From: Opitutales bacterium
Lineage (GTDB): Bacteria; Verrucomicrobiota; Verrucomicrobiia; Opitutales; UBA953
Reading direction: 5' to 3'
DNA length: 37,860 nucleotides
NCBI GenBank assembly: GCA_032120295.1
Contig: JAUMEU010000194.1
Location: forward strand, 1 to 37,860
In this document: positions 37,142-37,860 of the stretch, piece by piece
Layout: every line of letters begins with the position of its first letter
Position numbering within the stretch: the stretch's first letter is position 1
Position numbers and translations under genes: made by a program
Notes under the pieces: model-generated
The model's input: the letters and a program-made list of their open reading frames with translations, nothing else
What the model was told of the DNA's origin: nothing
Databases searched by the model: none

Positions 37142-37860
37142 CAGCGGGCGGCGGCGCGGGTCAGGCGGTCGTTATAGGCGGCGCCCAGGCCCGCGGGCGG
37201 GGCGAGCTCGGCGTGGATAGTCTCAAAGCCACGGGCGTCGAGCTGACGCAGCATGTCGAAGAGATGACGAGCGGCCTCTTCGGTCGAGCCGGCTTCGGAA
37301 AGCAGGAACACATCGGCGTTGGCCGGGGCATGCGCGCGACGTCCGAGGAAGAGCACCGCGGAGCGCAGGTTGGCGATGACCGGCAAGGTCCCGCTCGGGA
37401 AAAGCACGACGCGGGTGGCCGGGCTGTAATGGCGCTCGAGCATACCCGGGGCGTCCTGCGCGGCCTGCTGGTTGGCGGCACGCGTGACCACCTCGATTTC
37501 GCCGAGGAGTTCGCGCAGTTTTTCGAGCGGAATCGGGCCGGGGCGGAGCAGGCGGGCGCGACCCGGGACGGAAAGATCGAGGATCGTGGATTCGAGCCCG
37601 TGGGCGCACGCGCCGCCGTCGACGATCCAAGGGCAGCGCTCGCCGAGGGAGTCGCGGACGTGCGCGGCCTTCGTCGGACTGACGTAACCGAAAGGGTTGG
37701 CGCTCGGGGCGGCAAGCGGGCGACCAGCGAGGCGTAGCACCTCACGGAAGAGCGGATGGGCCGGGATGCGGACCGCGACGGTATCCTTGCCGGCCGTGAC
37801 GAGATCGGGCACGACGGACTTGCGACGCAGCACGACCGTCAGCGGGCCGGGCCAGAGCGA
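37141..37860 (-). CDS. L-threonylcarbamoyladenylate synthase (Sua5/YwlC/TsaC family); N-terminus lies beyond the right edge
   Basis: The reading frame stays open to nt 37860 (…SLWPGPLTVVLRRKSVVPDLVTAGKDTVAVRIPAHP…SANPFGYVSPT). It has a YrdC-domain core followed by a Sua5-type C-terminal domain. Confidence 0.85.
   Translation of the reverse strand, partial: SLWPGPLTVVLRRKSVVPDLVTAGKDTVAVRIPAHPLFREVLRLAGRPLAAPSANPFGYVSPTKAAHVRDSLGERCPWIVDGGACAHGLESTILDLSVPGRARLLRPGPIPLEKLRELLGEIEVVTRAANQQAAQDAPGMLERHYSPATRVVLFPSGTLPVIANLRSAVLFLGRRAHAPANADVFLLSEAGSTEEAARHLFDMLRQLDARGFETIHAELAPPAGLGAAYNDRLTRAAAR

Noticed and set aside
36275-37177. 300-aa plus-strand ORF, and similar long antisense ORFs at 5347..6279, 7013..7918, 14575..15873, 18500..19420, 19735..20622, 21437..22624, 24351..25514, 27088..27966, 31345..32310 and 34766..36220.
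   Set aside because: Each is antisense to a gene with clear family motifs. Their compositions are dominated by Arg/Gly/Ala/Glu/Asp/Val, as expected for antisense frames of GC3-rich genes.

Overview
This is a high-GC (roughly two-thirds G+C by eye), densely coding bacterial chromosomal window. The HAF-repeat autotransporter, the archaeal-type ProRS and the gene content suggest a PVC/Verrucomicrobiota-like organism, but that is only a guess. I support about 34 protein genes and see no rRNA, tRNA, CRISPR array, transposase or integrase.

Gene content, left to right:
- A partial ABC ATPase.
- A clpP-like / rhomboid / tail-specific protease operon.
- galM.
- A small autotransporter.
- A Gfo-Idh-MocA oxidoreductase / LysE / argH / ftsB-like / DUF420 block on the minus strand.
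- A YHYH protein.
- A roughly 10-kb fatty-acyl modification cluster: desaturase, FAD oxidoreductase, DUF1365, a CFA-synthase-like methyltransferase, three membrane proteins including DUF2062 and DUF1295, a second CMAS-family methyltransferase and an aldose-epimerase-fold protein.
- A lipoprotein, an LMW-PTP, a second desaturase, an unknown acidic protein, trmB and pyk.
- A 648-aa HAF-repeat autotransporter.
- A beta-hydroxyacid dehydrogenase, a DapB-like protein, xseA, proS, prmC and a partial Sua5/TsaC.

Two things stand out.
1. The lipid cluster is split by an antisense gene encoding a GIDE-like/LemA fusion, and by a 440-bp repeat-laden gap. It looks like a candidate methyl-branched or furan fatty-acid pathway.
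2. Almost every long intergenic region is a mosaic of a small vocabulary of short modules:
   - GTAG-headed REP-like hairpins of at least three stem types.
   - A MITE-like inverted-repeat element (CAATCAAAGGGAAACCGGAGACCGG termini, 5 copies, one about 209 bp long and almost fully palindromic).
   - A conserved 3' element that starts exactly at the TGA stop codon of three genes.
   - Three near-identical terminator modules.
   - Short tandem word arrays: (ATACTCN)x4, (TTTGCACN)x2x2 and TTGAC arrays.

All homology calls come from motif recognition in the translated ORFs. No searches were run.
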